From: an uncultured Alphaproteobacteria bacterium
Lineage (GTDB): Bacteria > Pseudomonadota > Alphaproteobacteria > HIMB59
Assembly: GCA_964480315.1 (NCBI GenBank)
Contig: CAYZPP010000001.1
Location: 1 to 44,615 of the forward strand
Direction of reading: 5' to 3'
Length of the DNA stretch: 44,615 nucleotides
The notes beneath the pieces were generated by a model, which worked only from the letters and a program-made list of their open reading frames with translations, ran no database searches and was not told the origin of the DNA. The translations under genes and the position numbers were made by a program. This document shows positions 19,704 through 29,210 of this stretch, piece by piece (position 1 is the first letter of the stretch; every line of letters begins with the position of its first letter).

Positions 19704-20582
19704 TTAACTTTTCATAATTGTTCTTATTTTGTTTTCCATTGAACTATTAATATTATTGGTTTTAATAAAAGCTTTTACGGCTTGCTCTAAATTCATTTCT
19801 AATCCATTCAAATAATTAAGTTTGAATTTTTTTGCGCATCTAAGAAATTTAGTATTTTTAGGATTATAGATAACATCAAAGATTCTTGTTTCTGGATTTA
19901 TAAGATGAAAATATTCTTCATTTAAAGGCGAAGCATTCTCATTTGGGAACGCCCCTAAAGAAGTACAATTTATTATATAGTCGTATTTTTGCAATTTATT
20001 AGAAACATTAAAATAATCAGACACGGCACACCCAAAAACTTTTTTAAAATCTTCTAATTTTTTTCTATCTCTACCGACAATTAATAAATTTTTATTATTA
20101 GATATATATTTTTGAATGTATGAGGCTATAGTTTTTGCAGTCCCGCCAGTACCAAATAACATAAATGATTTATTTTTAAGTAATTTAAATTTTTTTTCTA
20201 ATGAATATATTGCACCCAAACCATCTGTATTTAAACCAAATAATTGTTTTTTATTTCTATACAGGCAATTAATGGCTCCTATTTTTTTTGAGTCTTTATC
20301 AATTTTATTATTCAAATATTTGAATAATGTTTCTTTGTATGGATTAGTTATACATCCACCAATAAAATTTTGATTTTTTTCTAAGTCTTTTAAAATTAAA
20401 GGTAATTGACTTATGTCGCAATCAACAGGATACATTCTTATTGGCGAATTAATTTTATTATAAACTTTATTCCACAATATAGGAGACCTTGCCCCTAAAG
20501 ATGGGCTCTTTCCAATTATTAAAGTAAAATTTTCATTTTGCTTTAAGGGTATTTTATTGTTTATATAAGTTAAAAATTTCAA
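19704..20582 (-). CDS. Shikimate dehydrogenase family oxidoreductase (AroE-like)
   Basis: RSP.LWN, ITNPYK, IGAINC, GLNTDGLG, GTGGTA, INCTSLG, DVIYNP..T.FL, NGLEMNLEQA. Confidence 0.9.
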   Translation of the reverse strand: MKFLTYINNKIPLKQNENFTLIIGKSPSLGARSPILWNKVYNKINSPIRMYPVDCDISQLPLILKDLEKNQNFIGGCITNPYKETLFKYLNNKIDKDSKKIGAINCLYRNKKQLFGLNTDGLGAIYSLEKKFKLLKNKSFMLFGTGGTAKTIASYIQKYISNNKNLLIVGRDRKKLEDFKKVFGCAVSDYFNVSNKLQKYDYIINCTSLGAFPNENASPLNEEYFHLINPETRIFDVIYNPKNTKFLRCAKKFKLNYLNGLEMNLEQAVKAFIKTNNINSSMENKIRTIMKS

Positions 20583-20585
20583 GTT

Positions 20586-21470
20586 TTACTTGATAGTTCT
20601 ATTTATTGCTTTAGCTACTTTTCTTGACGATTTCATCAAAATATCAAAATCTTTAAAATTAATAGGTTGAAGAGGATCAACGGCTGCATTTTTAGGATCT
20701 GGGTGGACTTCTAACATAATTCCATCAGCTCCCGCAGCAATACTTGCTAATGTCATTGAGCTTACCCAAGGTCTCCAAAAAGTAGCATGAGATGGATCGG
20801 TTATAATAGGTAAATGAGTTATTTCTTTAGCGGCAGGAACGACTTGTAAATCTAATAAAAATCTAGATGTAGATCTATGAGTATGTGGAACTGACATCCC
20901 TCTTTCACAAAGAATTAACTTATTATTTCCTTCGTAAAGAATATATTCTGCTGCGCCAAGCCAATCTCTAAGAGAAGCACCATAGTGCCTCTTTAACAAG
21001 ATTGGTTTTCCTGTTTTTGCAATCTTAGTTAAAAATGGATAGTTCTGCATATTTCTAGAACCAATTTGAATAATATCTGAAACCTCAGCTATTAGATCTA
21101 TATATTTGTCTTCCATAACTTCAGTTATTATTCCTATTCCAGTTTCTTGTTTAGCCTTTAATAACCACTTAATACCCTTTTCTCTAGTTTCCGTATATTT
21201 CGAACTTCTATATGGGAATGATAATGGCTTAAATGCCCCGCCTCTTAAAAATTGAGCGCCTGATTTTTTTACTTTAATAGCTGTTTTAATAATCAATTCT
21301 TCACTTTCGACCATATTTGGTCCTGCCATTATAGGTATAATCTTTCCCCCGAAAGAGGTGCCAGCAATTTTTATTATAGATTTATGACCTGAATTTTTTT
21401 TTGCTACTAAAGGGAATTTTTCCTTTAAATCTTCCTCTGTTATATCTTTACCTGGAAATTTGTTTTGCAT
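20586..21470 (-). CDS. Type I-beta DAHP synthase/KdsA family PEP-aldehyde synthase with atypical active site
   Basis: AGPNMVES, LRGGAFKP, QIGSRNMQN, PILLKR, AAEYI..GN..LILCERG, DPSHAT, AAGADGIMLEVHPDP. Confidence 0.9.
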   Translation of the reverse strand: MQNKFPGKDITEEDLKEKFPLVAKKNSGHKSIIKIAGTSFGGKIIPIMAGPNMVESEELIIKTAIKVKKSGAQFLRGGAFKPLSFPYRSSKYTETREKGIKWLLKAKQETGIGIITEVMEDKYIDLIAEVSDIIQIGSRNMQNYPFLTKIAKTGKPILLKRHYGASLRDWLGAAEYILYEGNNKLILCERGMSVPHTHRSTSRFLLDLQVVPAAKEITHLPIITDPSHATFWRPWVSSMTLASIAAGADGIMLEVHPDPKNAAVDPLQPINFKDFDILMKSSRKVAKAINRTIK

Positions 21471-21473
21471 GAG

Positions 21474-22538
21474 CTAGTTTCCCAGTTTAGAAGAAATTGC
21501 TTTATTATCAACTTTAATCCATTTTTTAGTTTCACTGCTTTTATATAAAGCATGTATTAAGTGCGTAGTATCTCTACTAGACAGAACATCAACAGGAGGA
21601 GTCAATTTTTTATTAATTATATTCATAAATACTTTTTCGAAAAAAGGTATATGACCCAAACCATATCCATTAGGAACATCTTGAGAATATTTTCTTTTAA
21701 TTAAATTTAAATCAAATTTCTTACCCTTGATATATATATCTGTAATTTTATTTAACGCTATTCCGGAAATGTCAAAATATCCATTTTCTGCTACAACCGA
21801 TAGCGAAGCCTCAATATCTTTAGGCCTTGCAGCTGTTGTGGCCTCAAGAGTACCTAGAGATTTATTTTTAAATTTAAATAATGCAACCATACTATCTTCA
21901 GCCTCTAGATTATTTAATAAATTTTCCCCAAGAGAACAAACCTTATCAACGGGACCGTTAATCATATTCAATATATCTATATGATGAATACACTGTTGGT
22001 TTATAACCCCTCCATCATTTTTCCATGTTCCATGCCATCCATCATTGTAATATTCTTGGTATCTTGCCCATCTTAAACGAATATTAGCAGTTATAATTTT
22101 CCCAAAATAACCTTTATCAATTAAGCCTTTAATAAACAATATTGAGGGGTTAAATCTATTTTGAAAAACACAACCAAAAAGAACTTTTTTTGATTTGGCT
22201 AGTTTTATCAAGATATCACATTCTTTTTTTTTCATTGACATAGGTTTTTCGGTTATCGTGTTAACTCTCATGTTAATACAGTCATGACTTATTGTGTAAT
22301 GTGAACCTGAGGGGGTCAGTATGATAGCAAGGTCAAATACTTGGCTCAGCATTGCCTCTTTATGATTTTTATAAGCGTTACATTTATAATATTTTTGAAA
22401 TTTTTTAAGTTTGTTTGTATTTAAATCACATACAGCAGAAATTATAAAATTTTTATTTTTTATTTTTTTAAATACAGCTTTGTAATGCTCTGCAACTCTC
22501 CCACAACCTATCAATAATATCTTGACTTGCTTACTCAT
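21474..22538 (-). CDS. Gfo/Idh/MocA family oxidoreductase (WlbA/WbpB-like)
   Basis: IGCGRVA, TPSGSH, EKPM, FQNRFNP, WARYQEYY, DGG....IHHID, EAED. Confidence 0.9.
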   Translation of the reverse strand: MSKQVKILLIGCGRVAEHYKAVFKKIKNKNFIISAVCDLNTNKLKKFQKYYKCNAYKNHKEAMLSQVFDLAIILTPSGSHYTISHDCINMRVNTITEKPMSMKKKECDILIKLAKSKKVLFGCVFQNRFNPSILFIKGLIDKGYFGKIITANIRLRWARYQEYYNDGWHGTWKNDGGVINQQCIHHIDILNMINGPVDKVCSLGENLLNNLEAEDSMVALFKFKNKSLGTLEATTAARPKDIEASLSVVAENGYFDISGIALNKITDIYIKGKKFDLNLIKRKYSQDVPNGYGLGHIPFFEKVFMNIINKKLTPPVDVLSSRDTTHLIHALYKSSETKKWIKVDNKAISSKLGN

Positions 22539-23892
22539 GATAATCTTTGGAAAGTTTCATTAGATCTTTTACTTTGTTAAAATCATTCATTTTCAATGAA
22601 AATTGATCTTCCACGTTATAGGTATTTATTTTATTATAACGCCATGAATTATTAAGTATTTCTTCAATTCTAGTTATTGAACAAAGGCCCACTAAGAATA
22701 TTATCAAATCATCATTTTTTAAATTTTGGGGAATAATATTATCATATGTAATATTTTTAATTTTTCTATTTTGAACAATACTAAATCCACGGCTATCTTT
22801 TTTAGATGCTATTAAGGTAGTATGGTTTTTTGTAATATAAGTGTTTAACATTTTATTGATTAAACTAAAGTTCCTAAAAGGATAATCAACTTGCATGATC
22901 ATAACAAATTGGTAACCTTTATTATCTTTTTTAAGAATTTCTTTAAGAGTAAATTTTGTTACATCAAATATATCGATGAACTTATTCGATAAATTATGAG
23001 GTCTTAAAATACATTTAACATTTTTTATTGCTAAATAATCTAAGATTTTTTTATCATCAGTTGTGACATAAATTTCATGAATACTTTTTATTTTTTTTAA
23101 GATTTCAATAGTTTTATCAATAAAAATAAAGTCTTTGATATCTTTGCCTCTAATGGGAATTATGCCTAAGCCTTTATTAATTTTTAAATTATTTAATTTT
23201 GTATATTCAAAAAAATTATTTTCTCTTTCTAGTATTTTAATTATTGACTCAGCCCTATCTGGATTTAAATCTTGGTTTATTCCATGCCAATGAAAAACAC
23301 TAGCCTTTGGTTCATAAATAATATTCAAACTATTATCAATTAATTTTCTACCCCATAGTCTATCTTCAACATTTGTAACATTCTCATCAAAATTAAATCT
23401 ATTCCAAATCTCTTTTTTGAAGGCACTATTCGCATTATGAAAAAATGGATCCTTTTTTTGTATCTTTTTATCTAGGCCAAATACAGTTAGTAAATCTCTT
23501 TTATTTATTGCAGAAGAATAGGACATAGGCTCCTGTCTGCCATAAACAGCACCAACTTTTTTGTTAGTCAAACCTTTCACTAAATTTTCAAGCCAATATT
23601 TATTTGTTGGAATACAGTGAGCAGATAAACAAATAATAACTTTTCCTTTTGAGGCTTTCACCCCCTCATTAATTGCTTTACCAGGATAGAATTTTTTTAT
23701 TTTAATAATTTTAACATTAAATTTTTTTAATATATTGAGTGTTTTGTCGTTTGAGTAGTTATCTACAATAATTACTTCTGATGTTTTATAATTTTGATCT
23801 TCTATAGCATTAAGACAGGATTCAATCCAATCTTCTTCGTTCCTGGTTCTTATGATTATGGAAACTAATGGTGTTTTTTTAGGTTTTATCAA
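22531..23892 (-). CDS. GT2 glycosyltransferase fused to a degenerate NeuA-like cytidylyltransferase domain
   Basis: N-half: VSIIIRTRNEE, IVDNYSNDKT, LSAHCIP, FHNANS, EDRLW. C-half: IIPIRG, IYVTTDD, ILRPHNLS, MQVDYPFR. Confidence 0.8.
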   Translation of the reverse strand: MIKPKKTPLVSIIIRTRNEEDWIESCLNAIEDQNYKTSEVIIVDNYSNDKTLNILKKFNVKIIKIKKFYPGKAINEGVKASKGKVIICLSAHCIPTNKYWLENLVKGLTNKKVGAVYGRQEPMSYSSAINKRDLLTVFGLDKKIQKKDPFFHNANSAFKKEIWNRFNFDENVTNVEDRLWGRKLIDNSLNIIYEPKASVFHWHGINQDLNPDRAESIIKILERENNFFEYTKLNNLKINKGLGIIPIRGKDIKDFIFIDKTIEILKKIKSIHEIYVTTDDKKILDYLAIKNVKCILRPHNLSNKFIDIFDVTKFTLKEILKKDNKGYQFVMIMQVDYPFRNFSLINKMLNTYITKNHTTLIASKKDSRGFSIVQNRKIKNITYDNIIPQNLKNDDLIIFLVGLCSITRIEEILNNSWRYNKINTYNVEDQFSLKMNDFNKVKDLMKLSKDYHE

Positions 23893-24592
23893 TTTTATTT
23901 TTTATAATTAAGTTAGCTAGTTTTAAATCTCTTTTTTCATGAATATCTACAAAAGATAAATCATTTTTATTTATAATGATATCAACATTACTTCCTATTC
24001 TTTTACCTTTTCTCCATAAACTTGCTCTAGAAGCACAACAAAGCCCCGTATCTTCTCTTACTATTTTTTTTCTCACTTGCCTTGAACTGTAAACTTTCAT
24101 CCATGGTTTTAATAAACTCCATCTGCCTTTGTTAAATTCCCAGAAATTTTTATGAGTCTCGTACCCCACAAAGACACTTTCTAATTTTTGATTTTTAATT
24201 AACTTATCTATGGATAGGTCTATCCAATTGGGACTCCTAAAGATATCAGTAGGAGACAAATAAATACAAATATCATATTTTAAATTAAATATTTTTTCAC
24301 ACTCTAATAATGCGTGTTTTAATGTATCTTCTGTGGTTGTTAAGTCCTTAGCTAATTTTTTTGGCCTTATAAATGGAGTTTTAGCACCATATTTATTAGC
24401 TATTTTTGCAATTTTTGATGAGTCAGTTGATACTACTACTTCATCTATTTTTTTAGATCGCAAAGCATACTTAATGACTCTTGCAATTAGTGGTTCATTA
24501 GAAAGATGAAGAATATTTTTATTTTTTAAACCTTTTGATCCAGATCTTGCTGGGATCACACAAATAATTTTATTTAATTTTCCACTTTCCAT
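23879..24592 (-). CDS. Acylneuraminate cytidylyltransferase family protein (NeuA/PseF/LegF-like)
   Basis: VIPARSGSKGLKNKNI, VVSTDS..IA..A..YGA..PFIRP..LA.D, LSPTDIFR, VDIH..DL.LA. Confidence 0.93.
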   Translation of the reverse strand: MESGKLNKIICVIPARSGSKGLKNKNILHLSNEPLIARVIKYALRSKKIDEVVVSTDSSKIAKIANKYGAKTPFIRPKKLAKDLTTTEDTLKHALLECEKIFNLKYDICIYLSPTDIFRSPNWIDLSIDKLIKNQKLESVFVGYETHKNFWEFNKGRWSLLKPWMKVYSSRQVRKKIVREDTGLCCASRASLWRKGKRIGSNVDIIINKNDLSFVDIHEKRDLKLANLIIKNKIDKT

Positions 24593-24593
24593 C

Positions 24594-25658
24594 TTAATAA
24601 GTATTTTTAATAATATAATATTTTATTTTAGATAAAGCGACATAAAGCCAATATGGAAGTATATTTTCAGCGATATAGAAGAAAGATTCAAGAAATAATA
24701 CTATTGTTTTTTTTAATGGATTATTAGGTAATTTATTTTTTATCAATTCCTTAAAATCTTCCTTTCTCTGTAAAAGAGTATTTTTTTTTATAACCTGTAT
24801 TGTTTTTTTAAAACTAGGATTTTTAAAACTTACCTTTTGGCATAGTAGATAATGTATTTTATTTTGATGCCAAGCAAAGTCCGAGTGAATTGCTTTCCAG
24901 TAGTGTCCATAGGGAAATCTAAATAATGATATATTGTAGCCAACACTCCTTTTTATATATCTATTAATATTCAAAAAATAACCATTATCGCTTATATTTG
25001 TATTTATAAATTTATAATAACTATCAATTGTTTTTTTTTCCATTTCAGAAAATGAACGGGAGTTTATAAAAAGATCAATCTCAATATCTTTATCAATATG
25101 TATATCCGGAGCTAATATTGCGATATCAATACCATGAAGATCTGATAATTTAAAATTTTTAGTATCATTAAAATTAAATTTTCTTATTACTAAGTCAGGA
25201 AAATTTTCGGTAAGATAATAGTAAGATAATTGATTAGTTATTTCCAAGTCAATTAAAATTACTTTAGGTCTAGAGATCATTAAAATTTTTTCAATTAAAC
25301 CACCATATCCACCACCTATTTCACAAATCAAATTTATATCTTTCTTTAGGTCAATTTTTTTTTCTAGAATTGATATCCATTTGACAAAAAATAAGTGGGA
25401 GTAATGTATAATTTTATTTTTATATATAAAAAAACTTTTAGATTTACCAATATTCTTATTATTAAAAAACTTTAAAACATAATTTTCTTTTAATTCTTTA
25501 ATTAATTTTTCGAAAAGTATTTTTCCATAATTATCATCTATAAAATCATCAAGACCATATGAAAGATTATTATTTCTAAAGTTTTCAAGTTTTTCTATAT
25601 CAGTAGTTGAATCTCTTTTTATATATTGTGACCAATGAATAGAAGCATGAGACTTCAT
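24594..25658 (-). CDS. Putative sugar O-methyltransferase
   Basis: SAM motif ICEIGGGYGGL, ILIDL, DLFINSRSFSEM..Y. Confidence 0.8.
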   Translation of the reverse strand: MKSHASIHWSQYIKRDSTTDIEKLENFRNNNLSYGLDDFIDDNYGKILFEKLIKELKENYVLKFFNNKNIGKSKSFFIYKNKIIHYSHLFFVKWISILEKKIDLKKDINLICEIGGGYGGLIEKILMISRPKVILIDLEITNQLSYYYLTENFPDLVIRKFNFNDTKNFKLSDLHGIDIAILAPDIHIDKDIEIDLFINSRSFSEMEKKTIDSYYKFINTNISDNGYFLNINRYIKRSVGYNISLFRFPYGHYWKAIHSDFAWHQNKIHYLLCQKVSFKNPSFKKTIQVIKKNTLLQRKEDFKELIKNKLPNNPLKKTIVLFLESFFYIAENILPYWLYVALSKIKYYIIKNTY

Positions 25659-26446
25659 CTACTAAAACTTTCTAGTGCTTTAAGACAAAATCTGTCTAAT
25701 AGGCTGAGCTTATCAATTACAAAAGGTAATTTAGATGTGAAAACACACATTTTTCTATATTCATTAGTAACTGATCTTGGGGTTACGCCGTGTAAAGAAT
25801 CCAGTGAATTCAAAAAGATTACAAAAGTATTAGGCTTGTATTTAATAGTTTTAATTAGCTGAATATCACTCATACTAATGCCAAATCTACTAGATAGCCT
25901 TTTTTTGTTAATTGAAATTTTTTTCTTCCAACTAAACAATTCCAGATCCCCTCCCTGCGAGTTATCTTTTTCTGACCTCATATAAAAAAGACCTGTAAAT
26001 AATTTGTTAAGATTATCAAGATGAGCCCCCCTAACGCTAGTATTTTTAATAACGGGAGTATTAATAGACGTTGATAATTGATTTGAAGTCCCCAAATCAT
26101 ATAAATAATTTTTATTTTTAAATATATTAGGAAATTTCTGTAAAATAATATCTTCAAAAACAGATAATATTTCATGATAAAATTCCATAGAGGAGTGATA
26201 GGAAATAAAATTTTTCCATTCTGGATCAATTTCATTGTTAGTCATTAAGTCTTTATAAAAAATATCTTTTCTAACATTATTTTCGCCTTCTATTTTATTG
26301 TTTTCAAAATAATTCAGTGGGAATTTTGATGATAGAATATTGTAATATTCTTGAGGTAGAGCATCTTCAATTACCAAATGAGGATAGGGGTTAAGTTGTA
26401 AATTAACTTTAATAGCTTTTGAGAGTACGGAATATTTTTTTTTCAT
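25655..26446 (-). CDS. 2-oxoglutarate/Fe(II)-dependent oxygenase
   Basis: PYPHLVIEDALP, HxD (AHLDN), LFYMR..GGDLEL, distal His SLHGVTPR and a following Arg. Confidence 0.85.
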   Translation of the reverse strand: MKKKYSVLSKAIKVNLQLNPYPHLVIEDALPQEYYNILSSKFPLNYFENNKIEGENNVRKDIFYKDLMTNNEIDPEWKNFISYHSSMEFYHEILSVFEDIILQKFPNIFKNKNYLYDLGTSNQLSTSINTPVIKNTSVRGAHLDNLNKLFTGLFYMRSEKDNSQGGDLELFSWKKKISINKKRLSSRFGISMSDIQLIKTIKYKPNTFVIFLNSLDSLHGVTPRSVTNEYRKMCVFTSKLPFVIDKLSLLDRFCLKALESFSR

Positions 26447-26466
26447 AATAATAATAAAAATTACCT

Positions 26467-27228
26467 TTAATAATTTCTCTTTAATAGTTTTTTAATAATT
26501 GTCAAAAATTTATACTTTAGACTGGAGCTTGATATATATGCTATCTTGACATTATCAGCTTTTACTTTTTGAGCCCAAGCTAAGATATTATCATCAATAT
26601 TAAAATTAGAGTATTTTCCAGTTTGCATTAATAATTTTTCAAAGACTTCTTTTATTTGTGGTATGTCTAAATGACCTTCATCAATATCGTCAAGGTATCC
26701 TGAGCCAGGTTTAATTTTTCTTTGATGATCAGACATTTTCCACAAATAATCATCAAATACGATCCATCCCCCTTCTTTTAGAAGTTTATCTACTAAAAAG
26801 AAAGCAAAACCATCTGTTATCCAATGTTTAGGACCGTCTATAAACACAAAATCATAAACTTTGTTACATTGAAATTTGTTAAAAGTATTTTCATCAATCA
26901 TTCTTTTTAAAAACCAAATATAAGATTTTTTTTCTCTAACTATTGAAACATAACTATTTAATTTTAAATCATCGATTAACTTCTCTGCTGTAACATTAGG
27001 AAATTTATCTGACTTAAAGCTTTTTTCCAAATCTACAATAGTAAGCTGCCCAGATTTATTTTCATCTAGAGCTCCAGCAATGTATGAACTCCCAACACCA
27101 AAACCAAAGCCCAACTCTAAACAGTTTTGAGGTTTATTTTTTATAACAAAATCGTAAAATATTTTTCCTTTGGACATACTCGTAAAAGGTATTCCATCTA
27201 CTAGTTTTGCTATTTTATCAAATTTCAT
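26467..27228 (-). CDS. Class I SAM-dependent O-methyltransferase
   Basis: LELGFGFGVGS, YDFVFIDGPKHW, LLKEGGWIVFDD. Confidence 0.88.
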   Translation of the reverse strand: MKFDKIAKLVDGIPFTSMSKGKIFYDFVIKNKPQNCLELGFGFGVGSSYIAGALDENKSGQLTIVDLEKSFKSDKFPNVTAEKLIDDLKLNSYVSIVREKKSYIWFLKRMIDENTFNKFQCNKVYDFVFIDGPKHWITDGFAFFLVDKLLKEGGWIVFDDYLWKMSDHQRKIKPGSGYLDDIDEGHLDIPQIKEVFEKLLMQTGKYSNFNIDDNILAWAQKVKADNVKIAYISSSSLKYKFLTIIKKLLKRNY

Positions 27229-27380
27229 TTTCTACCATCGTAAATACATCAAGTTTATTTAAAATACTTTTAGAGTAAATGTAATAATTAAGCAATAAAT
27301 CTAATCATGCCCAGTAGAGACTCAGTAATTTTATTTTTTTATTGTAAATAGATACTATCTGTGTAGAAATTTCACACTTA

Positions 27381-29210
27381 ATGTGTGGTATAGCGGGATC
27401 ATTTCTTAATACGCCCAGCGAAGAAAGTATAAGAAAAGCCCTCAATTATTTAAAGGAAAGAGGACCTGATAATTCTGGCGTTTATCAAGACAGTTTAATT
27501 TCATTAATACATACCAGACTCACAGTTATTGATCCTACCGACGAGGGTAAGCAGCCTATTATTGATACAAATACTGGTGTTACTATAATTTTTAATGGTG
27601 CAATTTATAATTATAGAGAACTACAAAAAAAATATAATCTAGATCCAAGAATAAATAGTGATACTAGAATATTATTACTAATGTACTTAAAATTTGGTTT
27701 AAGTTTTGTTGATAAAGTAAATGGAATGTTCGCTATTGCTATCTGGGATCCTAGATCACATTCGTTACACCTGATAAGAGATCGTTTTGGAATTAAGCCT
27801 TTATACATACACAGTAATAATAATAAAATCCTATTTGCTTCAGAAGTAAATGCTTTATTTGCCTTAGGAGTCGAAAGAGAAATTGATTTAAATTCGGTAA
27901 AAAATTATATAAGTGAAGGTATTCTTGAAAACAATAAAATAACATTTTTTAAAAAAATAAAACCTGTCCCACCTGCAAGCATAGTTACAATTAATAAAAG
28001 TCAAACAACAATAAACAAATACTGGGATTTAAACAACAAGTCACAAGAAAATAAAAAGAATCAATATTCTGATAAAGATATATCAGAGATGATTAACGAA
28101 AAATTAACAAAAGCAATAAATTCAAATTTGGTCTCTGATGTACCGGTTGGATTAACACTATCCTCAGGAATAGATTCATTCATAATATTAAAAAACCTAC
28201 TTGAAAATAAAAAATTATCGAAGCTTTCAACATACACCTATGGTTATGATGATTTAAAATATGATGAAACAAGACTCATAAAAAAAATTAATAATGACTC
28301 AAGAATTGATCATAATTTTGATAAAATGAATAGCAATTCATTGATACCAGACCTTACAAAAGCAATAGATTATTTTCAATCCCCATTAGGTGGTCTAGGG
28401 ACGCTTTCTATGTTTAATTTAATGAAGATAGTGCAAAGAGATAAAATAAAAGTCATTCTTTCAGGCGAGGGTGCTGATGAAGTTTTTGCTGGATATAAAT
28501 ATTATAATTACGCAAATCTAATGGATTTAAAATGCTCTAATAGACATGATGAACTATCAAGTGAATTAAAATATTGGTATAAATTGACGGGTGAAGATCT
28601 TTCGGGTGATATAAAAAATAACAAAATTTTTAATGACAAGATATTTGGACTTAAAGCGCCCGATGGTACTAAATTAAAGAGCTTTAACTTAGAGGGGCCG
28701 GCAATTAGAGAACTACCTACTAATACTGGTTTAATCGATAAATTGGACTCAAATAAAAATCTATTTAATCTAAGATACGAAGATATTTTCACAAAAAAAA
28801 TACCCAAACTACTTATGTTCCAAGATCGTTGCTCTATGCATAGCGGCGTAGAGTCTAGAGTTCCATTTTTAGATCATGATTTAGTAGAGACCGTATTTTC
28901 ATTAGATTCAACAAAATTAATCAAAAATGGTGTTCTAAAATATTTATTAAGAAATAATAGTAAAGTGAATAATGACTCTAATATAAATTTTAGTCAAAAA
29001 AAGTATGTCGCAACACCTCAAAGGGAGTGGATAAAACAAGATAATTATTCTGAAATAGTTGATATCATATCTAGTAGTAAATTAGGTGAAATGGGAATAA
29101 TAAATTTAGAAAATTTCAAAAAACAATATATGGATTATAAAAAGTCAAATGAAATAGGTAATTCATTTTTTGTTTGGAAGGTTTTAAATTTATCTATGTT
29201 ATATAAATAA
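27381..29210 (+). CDS. asnB: Asparagine synthase-like glutamine amidotransferase (glycan amidation, WbpS-type role likely)
   Basis: N-terminal MCGIAG, RGPD, HTRL, FNGAIYNY, RDRFGIKPLY, LSSGIDS, LSGEGADE, DRCSM..VESRVPFLD. Confidence 0.93.
   Translation: MCGIAGSFLNTPSEESIRKALNYLKERGPDNSGVYQDSLISLIHTRLTVIDPTDEGKQPIIDTNTGVTIIFNGAIYNYRELQKKYNLDPRINSDTRILLLMYLKFGLSFVDKVNGMFAIAIWDPRSHSLHLIRDRFGIKPLYIHSNNNKILFASEVNALFALGVEREIDLNSVKNYISEGILENNKITFFKKIKPVPPASIVTINKSQTTINKYWDLNNKSQENKKNQYSDKDISEMINEKLTKAINSNLVSDVPVGLTLSSGIDSFIILKNLLENKKLSKLSTYTYGYDDLKYDETRLIKKINNDSRIDHNFDKMNSNSLIPDLTKAIDYFQSPLGGLGTLSMFNLMKIVQRDKIKVILSGEGADEVFAGYKYYNYANLMDLKCSNRHDELSSELKYWYKLTGEDLSGDIKNNKIFNDKIFGLKAPDGTKLKSFNLEGPAIRELPTNTGLIDKLDSNKNLFNLRYEDIFTKKIPKLLMFQDRCSMHSGVESRVPFLDHDLVETVFSLDSTKLIKNGVLKYLLRNNSKVNNDSNINFSQKKYVATPQREWIKQDNYSEIVDIISSSKLGEMGIINLENFKKQYMDYKKSNEIGNSFFVWKVLNLSMLYK

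Noticed and set aside
20586-21470. KdsA (KDO8P synthase) with KdsB
   Set aside because: It lacks KANRS and has DAHPS-type RGGAFKP and AAEYI motifs; the cytidylyltransferase is NeuA-type (GSKG..KN), not KdsB-type (STR.PGKPL).
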